Of a DNA stretch of 64,000 bases, positions 27,979 to 41,270 are shown one piece after another. The notes under the pieces were generated by a model that did not search any database, was not told the DNA's origin, and worked only from the letters and a program-made list of their open reading frames with translations. Source of the stretch: Octopus sinensis (lineage: Eukaryota); assembly GCF_006345805.1 (NCBI RefSeq), contig NC_043013.1:22692001-22756000 (forward strand). The letters are read 5' to 3'. The position numbers were made by a program, and so were the translations under genes. Positions within the stretch are counted from its first letter, which is position 1, and each line of letters begins with the position of its first letter.

Positions 27979-28773
27979 CTATATATAGAAGTACACACAC
28001 TGACACACACATACATACATGTACATATATATATTTGTATCTAGTATATGTATATAAATATGATATATAATATATATGTGTGTGAGCATATATGTATATT
28101 TGTGTGTATGTGTATGTATGTGTGTGTGCATGTTTTAGAGATATTTTTTCAGTGAGCCTAAGGAAATGCGGTTTGGTGTATGCGAGTGTTTACAACGAAG
28201 GAAAAAAGTAGTCAAATACATAAAATAGAGTGTATGTGCCTTATAAGCTGAAGCTTTTCGAGTCGTTACTCCCTTCACGTCGCCAATTATTCATATATAC
28301 GTACATAAATGTAAGTATATATACATGTGCACATGTATGTATGTATGTATGTAATTACATATATAAATTTATAAATAAGGATGATATCGATATTTAAATA
28401 TCGGTATTATCAAGTGGCCAGCATGGGAATAAATACCATACAAAGGTAATAATTTTTTACAACTAAAAATAAGGGTATATCTATATGAAAGAAGGTTTGA
28501 AAATGATGAACTTGTTAAACTTTTTTATATTTTCCCAAGATTTTCCCTTCTAAACTGTTCTTAACATGTTCTTGTTATCAAAGAATGTATATATGTATTG
28601 TAGTATTTTGTGACAACCAGTAACTAACACAACCAAGTTTTTATATGTTACTTTTGACAATCTTTTTCTAAAAAAAGTGAATCCGGTAAAGTAAATAAAC
28701 ATCTTTTAAAATTGCATTTTCAAACCTTCTTTCATATATAATTCCGCTCGTGCGGTACCTTACAACTCCACTT

Positions 28774-28851
<78 letters not shown>

Positions 28852-28890
28852 TGTGGTGTGTGTGTGTGTGTGGGTTGTGTGTGTGGCGTG

Positions 28891-28929
<39 letters not shown>

Positions 28930-29070
28930 ATTCAATTCAATATGGCTGACGACTAACATTGCGCTTGAAACTCAAGTGTACCAACGAATTTGAATCAAAC
29001 TGTTGTGATCCTTACATATAACTCCAAATAAATTTGTTGAATGTCCTTCTTTCGTTTGTCTACTCACTCG

Positions 29071-29123
<53 letters not shown>

Positions 29124-31747
29124 ATATATATAAAGACAGCTAATATATATATTAGCTCATCCGTCATTGTTGTCGATGATGACCGAAGGTGTCTCTGGTT
29201 GTGGCCATCAATCCGATGCGTGCTCGGACTGACCCTCTACTGCACAGGATAACAGCATAACTTGTCTAAACGAGATATATTTTCAAAAATTTTCACAACA
29301 AAAATTCAACAATATATAATTATGAATTATTTCGTGTGAAAGAAAAGACGAAATGCTTTAAATTCTGATCCATGGCATAAAACAGATATTTTCGGTCTTA
29401 GTTCACACCATTTCTTCTGATACAGACCGTTCTGTTTGCAAGAATGGATGGTGGAATATCACCGACTAAAGCACTTCAAAGTGGTGCCCTATCATGGCCG
29501 CCGTCCAACAACAACGTCACTCGTTGTGAATTGTTAAGGCTTTCACATTATTTTGTCATTGCAAGTTTGTTAGATTTTAATAATTTCGACTCATTTTGTA
29601 AAAGGATTTTGTTATAAAAATGCTGCCAATGACAAGAACCTGTGTATTTACGCCTACTATTAATAGTAACACATTATTTGATTCATTAAAGTGATCAACT
29701 TTGAAACTGACAGCATTTTAATTTCACGGATGATAGAGGAAATATTAATCTTGACAAACCTTAAACCTTTTCATATTTTTGTAATTGTAATTGTTATTAC
29801 TTACTCCGAAGTCAGTTCTGAAAGTATACCAACTCATATCATTCGTGTTTATTAGTAATTTTTTCAGACACATCGAGTCTCGACTACATTTTTTCAAGAT
29901 GCTAGGATATGATTTGTGGAAGATTTGCTTGCTTTTTCTTGCAAAACGAGCAACTCAGATCAGCATCGATTTCTTGCATATGCGTAAAACCCCTGATTTA
30001 TAGAGGTTATGTTCTCGTCTCTATGAAAGTATTAACCTCTTTTGTTGCCGTGATCTAAAAAGAAGACACAGACAACTTTAAACTATCTCTTGTTTTTTTC
30101 CCCTCTCATTACCAAACTGCAACCAGTACTCTTTGTGAAAGTTTTAAAATGATCAATTCTTGGCATTAACTGCTTTGTTGGATTAATCGATTTAATTTTT
30201 ATTTTCATTTTAAATTAAAACTACTCGAAGAACGAGTCGGGGGTTAATCGAAGAATGAATTTCAAAATAAATTTGACACAGACACAGAAAATTTTGAAAA
30301 ATAAAATAAAATGGGAGTGGTAGATTGAAACTGGACTTCTTTGTCAGTTAAAAACTTGATTCATTAACGAACTAGGATACACAAGTATGGTACCCAGTTG
30401 ATGAATTGTGTAAATGGTACATAGGTTATCAGCCACATCATCCCCTCTTTGAGTCTCAAATCGTTTCTATCTAGGACTGTTATTTGCAACTTGGAGCCCA
30501 ATCCGTGATAAAAACTACTTGGGAAATGGTTCCGAGAATATTACAAAACATCACACATTTTACAAAAGAAACTTCAGACAAAATGTATGTCTATTTACGA
30601 TCAATAATTAATTTTGATGTTTTTTGAGATATTGGTTTCAAATTTTGGCATTAACTCAGCAATTTCAAAGAAGTCGATAACATTGCACCCCAATGTATCA
30701 CTGGTACTCACTTTATCGACCTCGATGGATGAAGGACAAAGTCGACTTCGGCGGAATTTGAAGTGTTTGCATGTATGTATGTACGTATGTATGCTTGCAT
30801 GTATGTATGTATGTATGTATGTATGTATGTATGTATGTATGCGTGTATATATGTACGTATATAAAATCCTTAGAGATGGACTGGGCACGCACTTACGACG
30901 AGAAAATCTCAGACATCTTACCCCAAGGATTTACAAAATATGATAAAAGCAAAAAAATTGAACCAGTTTAGAAATAATAGCAAAGAAATAAATACTCTAT
31001 GCAAATATCAGTCACTAAAAGAAACACAAACATATGCTAGAGTGTATATATATAAAATACAAGTAAAAGAAATCAAGGAAATAAAAAAAATACATAATAA
31101 AACATAAAGCCCATAACGAAGCTTAGCTACTAAAGGACTTCTAACTGATGCATAAATGCGACAGTGAAACACAACAGGGATATATTTGATTCTCAAATGA
31201 AAGAGAATTTGAAGGTTCGATAGTTACTGTTTTGGCCCATCGTCTGCCAACGAGAAACTAGTAGAAAAATTAAACTGAAACAAAGATTAAAGCTTGAATG
31301 CTACATGGGCGGCCAATATGGCGTGTCCATTAGCCACATCTTGACAGAATGACTCTCACCGGCTGAGACAGAATAATCGTGAAAACATTCGCCTTGAAAT
31401 ATATGCCAAAGAAATAAACCCCGGCAGATGAAGATGGTACAATCACAACATATAAAGTTATCGAGAACCGTGGGCGAATTTCCAAGATATTTACATACAT
31501 ATCAGTTAAATGCAGTTATAAATAGTTATACAGTTATATACAGTTATGAATATATACATACATACATATATATATATATATCTATATATATATATATATA
31601 TTATAACGTAAACAGAGTTAGCGGTTATAGTAACCGACTAAGGAATAAAATATCTGTATATACTATTGGTATCCGTTAACTGTATTATCCCCGGTATTGG
31701 AGTGCAGACACACCATACACATGAGTGTGCAGATAACAAGGTGCATT

Positions 31748-31931
<184 letters not shown>

Positions 31932-32059
31932 TTATATATATACACTCATGTTTTTAATTGTTTTTTTTTTGTATTTAGTTTGCAGAATGTCTTTCCCTAG
32001 ACACAGCACAATACTCATGTTTTGAATTCCTGTTTAAATTCCGTTTGCATCGCCAAACA

Positions 32060-32260
32060 CATACACAGTTATTGAGATACAATTGAACCCCGCTGATATT
32101 GTTATAAAAGACAAAGCATGGTGCTATTGTACATTTACTGATGTGATAATATTGATCGGGCAGATGATGAAATATCAGTAAAATATATTTGAAAAAAAAA
32201 CCTGCAAAAATAGGAATATAAAAACAAAAAATGCAGAATATTGACATAAGGACGATGTCT
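32060..32260 (+). mobile_element. Highly decayed R4/Dong-like endonuclease fragment
   Basis: NPADIVIKDKAWCYCTFTDV resembles the NxPDIVIKDK...C.LIDV motif of the better copies. Confidence 0.4.
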
Positions 32261-34197
32261 GCACAATGTTTTGTAGGATCGTTACGAACAGCAAAATGTG
32301 ATGCAAAGTAGAAAATCGAAGAACTGACAGCTAAATCTTCTACATGCAAAGTTCAGAAAATATCGCCCTTCAAATGTGCCCCTATTATTTGGAAAATATT
32401 ATCAGGAAAATGAAAGGAAAAAAAAATGGTACTTATTTTATCGATCTGAAATGATAAAAGGCAAATTGACCCCCAACAGGATTTGAAATCAGAATGGAAA
32501 GAGAGTGAATATAAAAACTGTGAGGCATATTGTCTGGCAGGGCAAAATGTCTTCCACATGAAAGAATAGACCAATAATGGAACAGCGACTGATTGTCTGA
32601 TTACCAATCTAAAGAAATCTGAAAGAAAGCACAGAATCATCGATAACAATTACGTTATGATGGCCATCATGGTCGTGGTCATCATTCTAATTATCATTAT
32701 CTTTATCAACAACAACAACAACAGAGACTACAGAAAGGGACATATTCAATGACCAGAGCACAACTACAAAACTGATTTCTGATCGATCTCTAAGCCAGAA
32801 TCGCTAATTAAATAATAAAGTAATTACTGAGACGATGAACGATCGATTAACCTACAAGGCACAAACAACATACAAAACTAGAATAAATAAATAAAGGAAT
32901 GAATAAAGAAATAACAGAGATATTAAAACATCCAGGTCTTTAGGGTCGCGTGGGGCCAAAGGAGGAACCAAAAGGTTGTTGGTATTGCTTAACCCCGAGT
33001 TAACCCGGACTGAGCCGAGCTGTGATCAAACGCATTGAAACCGTGACCATCCAGTGTTTTAATTAAATACATAGTAACCGACGACTACTTTATTCTGTGT
33101 ACCCTTTCATTTTATAGAATGGTAGAATAGGATATGTGAGAGATTTAGTTGCTATTTCTAGCATAGTCAGTCATTGTATATGACTTCGGCAAAGAGAGTT
33201 TTATTCTGCATATATATCGCACATACATACATACATAATACATACATACATACATACATACATACATACATACATACATACATACATACATACATACATA
33301 GCCAATTCAATGAACAAACAATTCAAACAACGAAGAAAAACGAAGATGAAAACGAACGTGAGAACGTGCACAAGAATTACATTAGCTTTTGACGCTCGGT
33401 GAAAGGAGAGAGTTTTTAACGTTTCGAGCATAACTCTTCGTCGGAAAGGAGAAAGGGAAAAGTTCAAAGAAGGAGAAGGAAAATCGCCAGGCCCCACGCG
33501 TACTTACATTTCTGACACATACACACACACACGCGCGTACACACACACATATACATACAGCACACACACACACATGCGTACAACACACACACACATACAT
33601 GTATATGCCTTCAAAGATGATCTGGACACTACGAGGAAAAGTAGGACATCAAACCACAAGTATTTGCAAAACATGGCGCAGGAAAACTGGAAGCCTCGTC
33701 GTTGTAACCGACATAAACTAGGTGATGCAATTTTGCATCGTGAATGGAGATTTGCTAGAGGACAAGGCGGAATTCGGGTATAAAGACAAACGCTGAATAT
33801 TGTGACATAATATACTCGCAGTTCCTGAGGCAGAATGGGCGAAGAATCTGTTTCTGCTTCGCGAATTTTCACCTATCGTGGGGGTGGAACGTAACACCCG
33901 CAATAGTCGAGAGATTACTGTATTCTCCTTTTCTTTCACAACCCGTATACAGTTCTGTGTATTAAACGTTCGCTTAGAGAAACCAGATGACGCTAAAATT
34001 TGTCTGGATTTATTTTCCATATTTTCCGAGAAAAGTATTTGCTATTGGTTAATATAAATTTTCTCTTTTTATTTGATACTTCTCCAGTTTTCTAATGTTT
34101 CACCAACTTAACTGTAAATAAACAATCAAGGCCTTCTGTGTCTTTCATTACTTTCAGAGACGAATGCTAACACAAACTGTTAGACTCGATAAACAGT

Positions 34198-34249
34198 ATG
34201 ATTGTAACAATTGCCATATACTGGATGCTTGCTATAATTATTGAGAAAG
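34198..34249 (+). CDS. Candidate first coding exon (signal peptide MIVTIAIYWMLAIIIEK + phase-1 G) of the S1A serine protease
   Basis: ATG at 34198 has A at -3 and an in-frame upstream TAA (34168-34170). It encodes a hydrophobic 17-aa run and ends at the strong donor G|gtatgt (34250). Phase 1 matches the acceptor at 39774, giving ...EK-A-FVSS-IIGG. A pyrimidine-rich acceptor (ctttcag|34158) suggests a 5' UTR exon upstream. Confidence 0.6.
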
Positions 34250-35811
34250 GTATGTGAAATTAAATGTTGATCTTCCCAAAACTCCAAGAACAACGTCGGA
34301 CGAAATACCTTGTAGACCCTTTGTTTTGTTTAGTCTGTTTTTCAATCAAATACCACCGAGGTAATTTTTCACCTTTATTCATCCGGGGTCGATAAAGTAA
34401 AGTTCTTACTAGAAACTAATATAATCGACTGTTTACTCCCACCAGCATATATCTTTGTGACAAAACTAGACGTAGAAAATATTTGGTTTCTAATTTTTGC
34501 AGTAAGTTGAAAGTTCGGTTATATTGCACTGGTAAGATGTTTATTTTTGCTGAACGAAGTAAAGATTGAATTCAGTGTTCAGCACGGGTAAAACTAAAAC
34601 TATTCAACCAACCTTTTATATTTCTGGTCATTCACTGCAGTAATTATAACAATTAGTGTATAATCAAGTTTTAATGACAATAATTAATGTTTAGGAGCAA
34701 TAGATGCGGCAGCAACAAGCTACAAATTTTTCCTTAACTTTTGTTTATTCTTTGTATTTGTATTATTGTGAAAACAAGGAAATATTTCACTGCTCCGAGA
34801 TTTGGATCCGTGGAATTGTTAGTGTTTAATGAGATGTCTAGCGGTATTAAAGTTCCGAGTTCGCCTGTGACAACGCTGGTTCCAAACTGCATCAGTCGTC
34901 ACCAACATCAATCATTTGCATAATTCCTCCATAAAAAGTTGGCCCAAGAGAGAATTTTCTGGTATCGAGGTATTCTTTAAAGGAGATAAAATATGATGAA
35001 GGTCCTGGTAATTCGATCCAGCATCTTATTATTCTTCGTAAACCGTTCACTCAACTTCTACCGTGAAAGAACGCCTTGATTTCCATTTTATACTTAATCA
35101 CCAGTCAAAATTATTGATCACCCATTGCTAGATGCTTCTTTCGACTACGAAACATAAACAATTGACTCAGATAAATAATCGTTTCAGTGTGTGTGTGTGG
35201 ATGCATGACTACGTTGTCTTCTTCTCTACATATTTGTGAATATTGGCGAAGCGAAGCTTTTGACAGCTTGTCTAAATTACATTCAATTTAGCCACCAAAT
35301 CTGTCGATTAAGAAATGAAAACTTTCCAAATGACAGATTTCCAACAGAACAATGCCATCCTTCCTCCTTTACTTGCTTGCCATAAGATGTCAGATAAGAA
35401 CAAAAGATCGTCAGCATGGTCGGAAGAATATGTCTATTGTTTTCTTGCTAAATCTTCATTGTGAAGTGATATCGCACTATTAACTGCATCGGTTGGCTAA
35501 CATTATAAACCTCTCTGTGAAGGGTTTGCTTTTTCACAGAGGGACGACTGAGTGAGTAGGGAAGGTGCTGGTGCGACACAAGGGTAAGAACAGAGGAATG
35601 GAATGTGCATCTGAAGGACTTGAACAATTGGTTTTCCTGATGCTTACTGTAACTCCATGAAAGGATGGAAACCTGCAAGAAAGGAGAACTGGGGCCAAGT
35701 CAATACTGAGCCACAACAAATGCCCAGCGTTGTACTCATTGCGTTATAATCTCAGTTTAAATAGACAAAGACAAATTTGGTCTTAGATCAGTAGTAGTAA
35801 TTATAACAATC

Positions 35812-36225
35812 CTTTCTACTCTAGGCGCAAGGCCTGAAAGGTAAAGTCGACCTCGGCGAAATTTGAACTCAGAACGAAAAAACGAACGAAGTATTGTTGA
35901 ACATCTTGCCCGGCGTGCTGACGATCCTGAATAGGCCCCGTTGTCATCGGAGCATTGAGTTCAATACCACCCAACCTGAAGAAACATCTGAAAACCTTAG
36001 AAATACCCTACAATCCAGGTGTATTACAAAACTCGTAATTACTTGGAACTGCACGCATATTGCGTGAAGTACTGTCTATTTGAGGTCGTTGTTGTGAGTT
36101 GACAAACAGTACAACCCCCCCCCCAACAAATACAATATCTTCAATCAACAACATCAGGATATTGTATAATGTGCAATGTATAGAATAATAACAACAATAA
36201 CAACAATAATAATAATAATGAAACG
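35812..36225. mobile_element. SINE family A partial copy (-, 35812-35925) abutting an R4/Dong-like 3' end (+, 35930-36225) with (AAC/AAT)n tail
   Basis: gtaaagtcgacctcggcgaaatttgaactcagaac; then PVVIGALSSIPPNLKKHLKTLEIPYNPGVLQNS.LLGTARILREVLSI*. Confidence 0.8.
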
Positions 36226-36844
36226 AACTTTTTGTTGTGTCTGCAGAGAGACATAATGCCTTAATATAACACACTCACCGACTCAATTTCCACTCATTTA
36301 TTTATTTATTATATTTATTTGTCGCCACATTTGTGACCGTATCAATGGATTTTGACGCACGCTACATCAATAATATATGTGGAATTGACCATTCAGCTCA
36401 TCATTGAAAAGCTGGTCATACATACACATACAAACGCACACATACGTAATGTATATATATATATATATATATATAATGTATGTACGTATGATGCATATAG
36501 ATGTACATATAAGTGCGTGTGTCTGTATGGTGTATAAAAAAAAGAATGTGATTAGTATTTATAATAAAACTGATAATATTAATTTGCATGTTGCATCGTT
36601 TCCTTCGCTCTAGGATCGGCCAAAACGTGTTTTCCACTCACGGTATTAGATACAGGAGAATAATAAATGAGTTTAGAATATCTGCGGATAGAACTGTGAA
36701 TGTTAGTGACTCATATAGAGAAACAATGTTACGTTAAGAAAAGAAATATGGAGTGATCTCTACTCTTCAAGTATGATTAGTTTTAATGAAAGATGGAGGT
36801 TAAGTCGATATTTTGCAATTTGTAAGCTGGTTGTCATATATTAG

Positions 36845-36982
36845 GTCGACTTTGCCTTTCATCCTTTCGGGGTCGATAAATTAAGTACCAGTTACGCACT
36901 GGAGTCGATGTAATCGACTTAATTCGTTTGTCCTTGTTTGTCCTCTCTATGTTTAGCCCCTTGTGGTAATAAAGAAACATAT
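36845..36982 (+). mobile_element. SINE family A 3' part
   Basis: ggtcgactttgcctttcatcctttcggggtcgataaattaagtaccagttacgcactgg...tttagccccttgtggtaataaagaaa. Confidence 0.85.
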
Positions 36983-36999
36983 ATTATTTTGAATAATTG

Positions 37000-37720
37000 T
37001 GTACAACGTCACTTCCGTTAGAAAGTTGGTATGGACTTCCGCCTTTTGAATGATAATTGTCAGTTCGTTCGGGGAAGCGATGACGTTAAGACGTTTGTGT
37101 TTTCATGAATTTCTTTGCACCGCATGGAGTTTAGTTATTTTAAATGAGAAATATTTGGGCTACGATTTGTTTAAGTCATTTTTAAAAGGAATAATTATAG
37201 GTGTTTGGTGAAAATGTTAGTTTAAATATTTTCTATACTTATACTCCTTCAATATCTACGCATTTCGTTTGAATTGCCCTCCTGCTGCCAGAGGCACTTA
37301 AGACCTCATCACTGAATGGAATGTTAGTTAGCTTGTTTGCAGTTTGGTAGTTTTATTTCTGTTAGAAATTTGTTATAATTTGGAATTTTTGTCATATTTA
37401 TATCATTTATTTTATATGTCAAGTTTTAATTTATTTTAATAAGGAATTTATTAACATCAATCTATATCAATCTATTCCATTGATACATGGCTTGGGAAGT
37501 TTTTAGTAAAAGGTAAATTGTTCTGCTTAAGTGTTAGTGTGTTTCCGTGTTTGAAGGTGTTATAGAATTCGAAGCAGCATATCTATTGCGCTGTGTTCAT
37601 AAAATAATCTGTGTTCTATGCTGGTTATTCCTTGGGTTGTTATTTTTCATATTATGTATCAGTGGTTCAGTAATCTTTGCCTAATACGTCTAGTTCACTA
37701 GTTCTATTTTTGTCTGTACA
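37000..37720 (-). mobile_element. Probable heavily decayed Penelope-like C-terminal/3' fragment
   Basis: Only weak remnants (NNPRN, NLPF, KC..C-like stretch) among many stops, plus a GC-richer acttccg-containing end. Confidence 0.35.
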
Positions 37721-37845
37721 TGTATATATATATATATATCATATATACACATACCCCGGAGTAAACACATAAATGTGAAACAAGGTTGAAAAAAGAGTAC
37801 TCAAATACCAGGGGTAGAGTAATATGCTGCTTTTAAATAAAGTAT

Positions 37846-37886
<41 letters not shown>

Positions 37887-37988
37887 CATATATAAATATA
37901 AAAGAAGTTTGAAAGCGCCACTATATAAGATAAATTTTAATTTTCTGAGAAATTTTAAATGTTTCGGATCAAGACACACGTAACCACC

Positions 37989-38695
37989 TCCCAAAAAACA
38001 GTCAATGAGAAAGACCTACTAGTATCCTTCGATGTAGTTAACCTTTATTCAAACATACCCAACACCCTAGGAATAGAAGCGATCAATTTCTGGTTAAACA
38101 ACTACTCCATTGAACTCCAAACTCGCATAAATAAAGAACTCATAATAGAAGGACTGAGATTTATCTTAGAAAACAATTACTTTATATTTAATAATGACTA
38201 CTACAGACAAAGATCGGGAACAGCCATGGGTACACGTACTGCGCCCTCTTTTGCCAACCTAGTAATGGGATACCTCGAAATAATACTTTACCAAAAAACA
38301 CTCGAGAAATATGGAAACTCTTTCTCCACCTATATCCAGAACAACTGGAAAAGATATTTCGGTTACTGCTTCATCTTCTGGGATGAAAGTATAGAAAAAC
38401 TTGAGGAATTTAAAATACTACTAAATGGAATTAATGAAAACATCCAATTCACGATAGAACATAACCAGGAAAAACTACCATTTCTAGATATAGAAAATAG
38501 AGACGGGTATCAATTATAAACCGACAGACTCAAAGCAGTACCTACCCTTTGACTCATGCCACCCAAGACACACAAGAATAAATGTCCCTTTCTATTTAGC
38601 CAGAAGGATTTGCACCATAAATCAGACACAAGCACCCGACACACACGTCTCCAGGAACTCAGAACTACGCTCATAAATAGGAATTATCCACTATT
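37989..38695 (+). mobile_element. Penelope-like reverse transcriptase fragment (inactive)
   Basis: LVSFDVVNLYSNIP...LENNYFIFNNDYYRQRSGTAMGTRTAPSFANLVMGYLE...WKRYFGYCF...IQFTIE...LPFLD, then YKPTDSKQYLPFDSCHPRHT and LINRNYP. The catalytic YxDD reads YFGY. Confidence 0.9.
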
Positions 38696-38762
38696 ACGGC
38701 CAACGTTCACTTCCACTACTACAGACAATGAGCTGCTGCTACAACTCCAACCACAACGGTCT

Positions 38763-38820
<58 letters not shown>

Positions 38821-39314
38821 AGCCAACGATTCTAGTCAACGCATAAGACAGCCATTATGTTCCCGCACATAAAACCTTACTACGTAGACTCTGTTGAAAC
38901 TAGTAAGAAATAATTATGAACTTCTTTTATTACACTTAACTTTAAAAAATATATATTTTTGATAAGGTTCGGTTTTTCAAGAAAAACCGAAACATGTAAA
39001 ATCTCTCATAAAATTAAAATTTATCTTATATAGTGGCGTTTTGAAACTTCATTTTTATAGATATATACCAACTCGTATGTCACCGACACTATATGTATGT
39101 ATAAAATATATATTATATATTTATATATATGTATGTATACAACACACACACCACACACACACACATACAATATATATATATTATAATATATATAATAATA
39201 TATATAGATATATATATATAGGGAAGCTTTATGAAAATAGACAAAAGACGAAGACAGGTGGAACAAACAAACACATTGTATTAGTATGGCGCTCAGGATA
39301 TAAATTAAAACAAG

Positions 39315-39352
39315 TCTTTAACGTTTCGAGCCTACGCTCTTCAACAGAAAGA
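39315..39352 (-). ncRNA. Minimal type-I hammerhead-ribozyme-like motif of a Penelope-type terminal repeat
   Basis: Minus strand UCUUU-CUGUUGA-A-GAGC(GUAG)GCUC-GAA-ACGU-U-AAAGA: stem I UCUUU/AAAGA, stem II GAGC/GCUC, palindromic ACGU stem III. The core differs from CUGANGA at position 6. Confidence 0.55.
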
Positions 39353-39586
39353 TACAAGAGAGAAAAAAAACACAGAAAGAAGGAGAGAAAAAAATATGCG
39401 TGCAGTAACTAACGAATCAACATGGTGATCTGATTTCGGCCAGAAGTCAAAGATCAACATGAGACGCGAGACCGAAATTAGGGGAGATAATAGGTTGAAT
39501 GACCTACTCCAACATAGGGTGTATGCAATATGTACATATATAGTACCCAATTTTTGTATGTGTGGTATAATATATATATGTATAAG

Positions 39587-39621
<35 letters not shown>

Positions 39622-39696
39622 AATGCATATACATATATTATATATATATATATACATATAAATTATTATATATATATAATATATAATATATATATA

Positions 39697-39743
<47 letters not shown>

Positions 39744-39773
39744 CTATATATGTAAATGTGTATCTCTTTTCAG

Positions 39774-39954
39774 CTTTTGTCAGTTCGATAATCGGTGGTA
39801 ATGCTGTTCAGAATAAGGAGTTTCCCTGGTTAGTGTTATTGTCAGCCACTTACTTCAAACCAGAAGACAACGAACCTAGCATCCGCAGTTGTGGAGCCAC
39901 CCTTATAGATGAAGTTTGGTTACTTACAGCGGCCCACTGCTTCAGCCTCGACGG
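39774..39954 (+). CDS. Trypsin/chymotrypsin-like serine protease (peptidase S1A) exon: mature N-terminus IIGG to catalytic His (TAAHC)
   Basis: Translation FVSSIIGGNAVQNKEFPWLVLLSATYFKPEDNEPSIRSCGATLIDEVWLLTAAHCFSLD contains the S1 signatures IIGG, FPW, CGxxLI and WxLTAAHC. It is bounded by acceptor tctcttttcag| and donor GG|gtcagt. A phase-1 start and a phase-2 end just after AAHC are the intron positions typical of trypsin-family genes. Confidence 0.92.
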
Positions 39955-40312
39955 GTCAGTATAGCTTTATACATGCACACATGCATGCATGAAATACATA
40001 AAGACATGCACATACACATATGTACGTGTAGCACGTCTACACTTTGATTCTCATTCGGGATTTGTTTGTAGACAGCAAGCGGAAATTTGACAGATTGATT
40101 AATGACGTCAGCAAATATCTGGCCTATAAAATTATATGAAACGTTTCCCGGATTTTCGAGTGATGGCAGCAACAAAGAGATCTTTCCAATCAGATTTGCG
40201 TATTAAAAAAAAAAAATGTTTTACAGAGCGAGCTTAGCGATATGTGCATCGAAGCGTAACTGCTGGCATAATCATTGTCAGAGTACAGTCACCATTTTTC
40301 CCGGAATATTCT

Positions 40313-40369
<57 letters not shown>

Positions 40370-40894
40370 GAACAGAAGTTACCGACGTTATTATTTTGTT
40401 ATATTTCTTGGGACCGTCATGTCCGACACAAGTCTATGATAATAAGTAGATTGTCAATCGAAATTGAACGTCTACTTTTCTCATTTGCCCAACTTTCTGT
40501 ATGCAAGAGAAGCTGGTTAGGGCACGCCAGGATTCAATCTATCACTTCTCAGTTTTTTTGAGTTTTTTTTTGCTTTTTGCGATTATTCATTACACAACAG
40601 AAATAGTTTGTCGGCGACAGAAAAATCGAGTGAGCAAAAGACTCAGCATATTGATAAAGCTTTTGTAATATATATACATGTTTACTAAGCTGGTATTTGA
40701 CTTCATCGAAACTCATAGTTTCCCGATCTTTTGATCAAAACATTTTGTTTTCTCGCGAAAAGAAAATTCTTTTGTCGTTTCCTGAAACCTGGCAAACTTC
40801 CATTTTGTACCATAATGTTAATTAGCAGCTTCGTATACGCACTCACACTCAAAGATACATAACACATATACACACATATACACATACACACATT

Positions 40895-40976
<82 letters not shown>

Positions 40977-40977
40977 C

Positions 40978-41032
<55 letters not shown>

Positions 41033-41075
41033 CATATATATACATATATACATATATACATTTATATACATATAT

Positions 41076-41132
<57 letters not shown>

Positions 41133-41164
41133 GTGTGTGTGTGTATGTATATAGTTAGAATAAT

Positions 41165-41270
41165 TACTAGGCTTACAAAGAATAAGTCCTGGGGTCGATT
41201 TGCTCGACGAAAGGCGGTGCTCCAGCATGGCCGCATTCAAATGACTGAAACAAGTAAAAGAATAAAAGAG
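41165..41270 (+). mobile_element. SINE family B 3' end
   Basis: ggcttacaaagaataagtcctggggtcgatttgctcgac...atgactgaaacaagtaaaagaataaaagag. Confidence 0.85.

Noticed and set aside
37000-38695. Twin-priming (5' inversion) origin for the opposed Penelope fragments
   Set aside because: The geometry fits, but the minus fragment is far more decayed than the plus fragment and about 270 bp of other sequence separates them, so independent insertions are more likely.
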